From: an uncultured Candidatus Saccharibacteria bacterium
GTDB lineage: Bacteria; Patescibacteriota; Minisyncoccia; Phycocordibacterales; SBAW01
Direction: 5' to 3'
DNA: 64,000 bases
Assembly (NCBI GenBank): GCA_964615415.1
Contig: CAZTNI010000001.1
Span: forward strand, 25,290-89,289
The position numbers and the translations under genes are program-made. The stretch's first letter is position 1. Every line of letters begins with the position of its first letter. Shown here piece after piece: positions 61,244 through 64,000 of the stretch. The notes under the pieces are model-generated. The model was not told the DNA's origin. It did not search any database and worked only from the letters and a program-made list of their open reading frames with translations.

Positions 61244-63445
61244 ATGGTGAAGCGGGTGTCTCGTCATCTTCGGCATCATATGGGCCTCCTACGCCAACAT
61301 TGGCGAGCAATACTACTATGGGGAACCGTCGCCTTTTTCTTCCTTGGAGGAGCTGCTTTTCTGTGGGCGGCCACGCTTAAGATCCCGGACCTCTCTTCCC
61401 TCGCTAACAGAAAGGTCGAACAGTCGGTTAAAATTTACGACCGCACCGGCGAAGTGCTTTTATACGACCTCCACCAAAACGTACAGCGCACCGTGGTGCC
61501 GCTTGATAAAATTTCTAAAAACGTTCAAAACGCGACTATCGCTATTGAAGATCCTAATTTCTATAACCATTCCGGCATTGAGTTGCGTGCTATTGCTCGT
61601 GTTGCGGTTAACCTGCTCCTCCCGGGCGGTATTTCTCAAGGCGGCTCCACTATTACGCAGCAGGTAGTAAAACTAACAATCCTTACCGGCGACAAAACAC
61701 TAACTCGCAAGTTTAAGGAGTGGGTATTGGCATTAAAGCTCACTAAGGTCTTAACAAAAGACCAGGTCTTGGAGCTGTACCTTAACCAAGTGCCGTATGG
61801 CGGCAGCGTGTATGGCGTAGAAGAGGCCGCACAAAAGTTTTTTGGTAAGTCAGCGTTGGATGTTTCTGTCCCTGAAGCGGCCTACCTCGCAGCGGTGATG
61901 CCTGCTCCTACCTACTATTCCCCGTACGGCAATCATCGCGAGGCACTGGATGCACGTAAAAACTTGGTATTGAGCAAAATGCTTGAACACGGCTACATTA
62001 CACAGAGCGAGTATGAAGAAGCAAAAATTGCACAAGTGGAATTTCAAGCTCCCCGAGATTCTTCTATCCAAGCGCCACACTTTGTTTTTTATGTACGCCA
62101 ATACCTTGAAGACAAGTACGGTGCTGATGCTCTTGAAGAAAGTGGGTGGCGCGTTATCACAACCCTAGACGCCGACATGCAAGCAAAGGCGGAAGACATT
62201 GTATATCGCAACGCGATGGCAAATGTTGAAGCATTTAATGCAAGCAATATGGCTTTAAGCGCGGTAGACCCGCGTAATGGCGAAATACTCGCCATGGTAG
62301 GTTCTCGTGATTACTTCGATGCAGATATCGACGGTGCCTACAACGTTGCAGTATCACATCCAGGCCGCCAGCCAGGTTCTACATTTAAGCCTTTTGCATA
62401 CGCTGAAGCCTTGTTAAAAGGGTACACTCCGGACACGGTATTGTTTGACGTAAAAACGCAGTTCTCTACCGCATGTGCGCCTGATAATTTCTCTAAAGAA
62501 TATCCGTGTTTCTCTCCTGATAATTACGACGGTCAGTTCCGCGGCCCTATGACGTTGCGCAACGCTCTTGCTCAATCAATTAACGTTCCTGCGGTGAAAG
62601 TACTCTATCTAGCAGGCCTTAACGACACACTCTCGTTGGCTAAGTCGATGGGTATTTCTACACTCGGCAATCCAAACCAGTACGGACTTACCCTAGTGCT
62701 CGGCGGTGGTGAAGTAACGCTGCTCGACATGACGAGTGCGTACGGCAGCTTTGCATACGATGGTATTCATGTTCCTACTACTGCAATCTTGCGCATCGAG
62801 GATGCATCAGGAGTTGTTATAGAAGACAACTTCCGTGCTCAAGGAGTACGTGTACTTCCTGCCACTGTTGCACAACAAGTTAACGACATGCTTTCAGACC
62901 CTATTGCGCGCGAACCACTTGGTAACAGTGCTCTTAATTTTCCCGGCTACGATGTAGCGGTTAAAACTGGTACCACGAACAATTACGTAGACGCGTGGAC
63001 CATTGGCTATACACCAAACGTTGTTATGGGTATTTGGGCAGGCAACAATGACAACTCTCCTATGGAAAAACGTGTGTCTGGTCTTATTGTAGGTCCTGCC
63101 TGGAGAGAAATGATGCAGTACATTCTTGCTAATACCCCTCCTACCCCATTCTCTCGTAGTGAAAGCACTCCAACTGGTCTCAAACCAGCGCTACGTGGTA
63201 TATGGCAAGGAAATACCACGTTTACTCAAAACAATATTGAGTATGTTGAGCAATCTGTACACGAAATCCTACACTGGGTATTTAAAAACGATCCAAACGG
63301 CCCAGTACCAACCGAGCCACAAAGTGACTCTCAGTACGCGCTCTGGGAGTACCCTGTCCGTCTCTGGGCGCAACAAAATGGGTATATAGATGGTGCACAG
63401 GTTCCTGTCGGCACAGCACCCTCAACCTCGCCACAATCGTTCTAA
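61244..63445 (+). CDS. bifunctional penicillin-binding protein 1A (glycosyltransferase GT51 + transpeptidase)
   Basis: IAIEDPNFYNHSGIEL, GGSTITQQVVK, STFKPF, SxN (SIN), KTGTT. Confidence 0.9.
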   Translation: MVKRVSRHLRHHMGLLRQHWRAILLWGTVAFFFLGGAAFLWAATLKIPDLSSLANRKVEQSVKIYDRTGEVLLYDLHQNVQRTVVPLDKISKNVQNATIAIEDPNFYNHSGIELRAIARVAVNLLLPGGISQGGSTITQQVVKLTILTGDKTLTRKFKEWVLALKLTKVLTKDQVLELYLNQVPYGGSVYGVEEAAQKFFGKSALDVSVPEAAYLAAVMPAPTYYSPYGNHREALDARKNLVLSKMLEHGYITQSEYEEAKIAQVEFQAPRDSSIQAPHFVFYVRQYLEDKYGADALEESGWRVITTLDADMQAKAEDIVYRNAMANVEAFNASNMALSAVDPRNGEILAMVGSRDYFDADIDGAYNVAVSHPGRQPGSTFKPFAYAEALLKGYTPDTVLFDVKTQFSTACAPDNFSKEYPCFSPDNYDGQFRGPMTLRNALAQSINVPAVKVLYLAGLNDTLSLAKSMGISTLGNPNQYGLTLVLGGGEVTLLDMTSAYGSFAYDGIHVPTTAILRIEDASGVVIEDNFRAQGVRVLPATVAQQVNDMLSDPIAREPLGNSALNFPGYDVAVKTGTTNNYVDAWTIGYTPNVVMGIWAGNNDNSPMEKRVSGLIVGPAWREMMQYILANTPPTPFSRSESTPTGLKPALRGIWQGNTTFTQNNIEYVEQSVHEILHWVFKNDPNGPVPTEPQSDSQYALWEYPVRLWAQQNGYIDGAQVPVGTAPSTSPQSF

Positions 63446-64000
63446 CGATTCATTGGCATCGCCAAATAAAAGAATGATGGGTCGCCTGCATCTTTAATAA
63501 GGATAGGCTTCCCTGCCCCATTTGAATGGATACGCACACTATCTCCAACTATTGCTTGCAAACTATCTGCAAGATATTTCCCATTAAAGTTAAGCGTTAC
63601 TGCTCCTCCTGAAATAGTCGCTCGCACACGCGATGTTTGTTCCCCAACTTCTGGATTACGTGATGAAAGCACAAGAGATTTATCAGAAGGATCTATTGTA
63701 AACGACACCTGCGCAAACTTATCAGCAAACACAGAAAGGGACTTTAGCGCTTGCGCAACATCTTCTCGCAACACTACCACTTCAGTAGAAAACGAAGTAG
63801 GAATAATTTGACGATAATTAGGAAACGCTCCATCAATAAGACGACTCGTGTAGTACACATCGCCAATATGGGTAGAAATTTGATTTTCGTTGTAATACAC
63901 CTCTACATCTCCTGATACGTTTTCAAGAAGACGCATCAACTCAGTAGCGTTTCGGATCGGAATAAGAAGTTGCGGCACACTTCCCCCATTTCGAAGTGAA
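63442..64000 (-). CDS. dnaN: DNA polymerase III beta subunit (sliding clamp), C-terminal part; the 5' end lies beyond the window end
   Basis: ...LIDGAFPNYRQIIP...VTLNFNGKYLADSLQAI...PILIKDAGDPSFFYLAMPMN. The frame is open to the window edge. Confidence 0.85.
   Translation of the reverse strand, partial: SLRNGGSVPQLLIPIRNATELMRLLENVSGDVEVYYNENQISTHIGDVYYTSRLIDGAFPNYRQIIPTSFSTEVVVLREDVAQALKSLSVFADKFAQVSFTIDPSDKSLVLSSRNPEVGEQTSRVRATISGGAVTLNFNGKYLADSLQAIVGDSVRIHSNGAGKPILIKDAGDPSFFYLAMPMNR

Noticed and set aside
1-64000. CRISPR arrays, transposases, integrases, prophage structural genes
   Set aside because: I found no direct-repeat/spacer periodicity and no recognizable mobile-element proteins. 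The islands lack flanking direct repeats.

Overview
This 64-kb window from a ~50% GC bacterial chromosome is dominated by housekeeping genes, and the organism appears to have a reduced genome, possibly CPR/Patescibacteria-like. Most native genes lack a Shine-Dalgarno (SD) sequence upstream of the start codon. Identifiable genes include ftsK, recA, an ECF sigma/anti-sigma pair, efp, the rpsF-ssb-rpsR and secE-nusG-rplK operons, rplS, rpsT, six aminoacyl-tRNA synthetases (metG, glyQS, ileS, argS, tyrS and a partial surface protein aside), ruvABC with ruvX, yebC, recO, polA, tsaE, pilB, a MurE-like ligase, PBP1A, partial dnaN, and a dcd/thyX-like/tmk nucleotide cluster. Eight tRNA genes were found by hand-folding: His-GTG, Leu-GAG, Val-TAC, Arg-TCT, Ser-TGA, Arg-GCG, Arg-CCG and Lys-TTT. 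Many rho-independent terminators were also placed. No CRISPR array, transposase or integrase was seen.

The features most worth a second look are:
- ileS carries an in-frame ~200-aa histidine-phosphatase (phosphoglycerate-mutase-like) domain insertion, and three class I synthetases have non-canonical HIGH motifs.
- Two ~70-nt hairpin elements sit between convergent genes and share a nearly identical 28-nt loop.
- Three compositionally foreign mini-islands were found. Two are strongly high-GC and all have strong SD sites, unlike native genes. One encodes a 348-aa unknown protein beside argS, one encodes two small secreted proteins, and one is a two-gene operon with a textbook sigma-70 promoter.
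- A secreted-protein cluster surrounds an Lnt-like acyltransferase. Its Cys-rich and Gly-rich giant proteins share a homologous C-terminal domain and a conserved terminal tail [IL][IL]P[TA]F[EQ]EI, which is a candidate undescribed sorting signal.
- A 390-nt non-coding region upstream of ruvB contains long imperfect inverted repeats.
- Three 12-bp-phased TGTCCTWT direct repeats plus an inverted AGGACA half-site lie in the divergent promoter between a wHTH gene and ftsK.
- The ThyX-like gene appears to be a fused tandem duplication.
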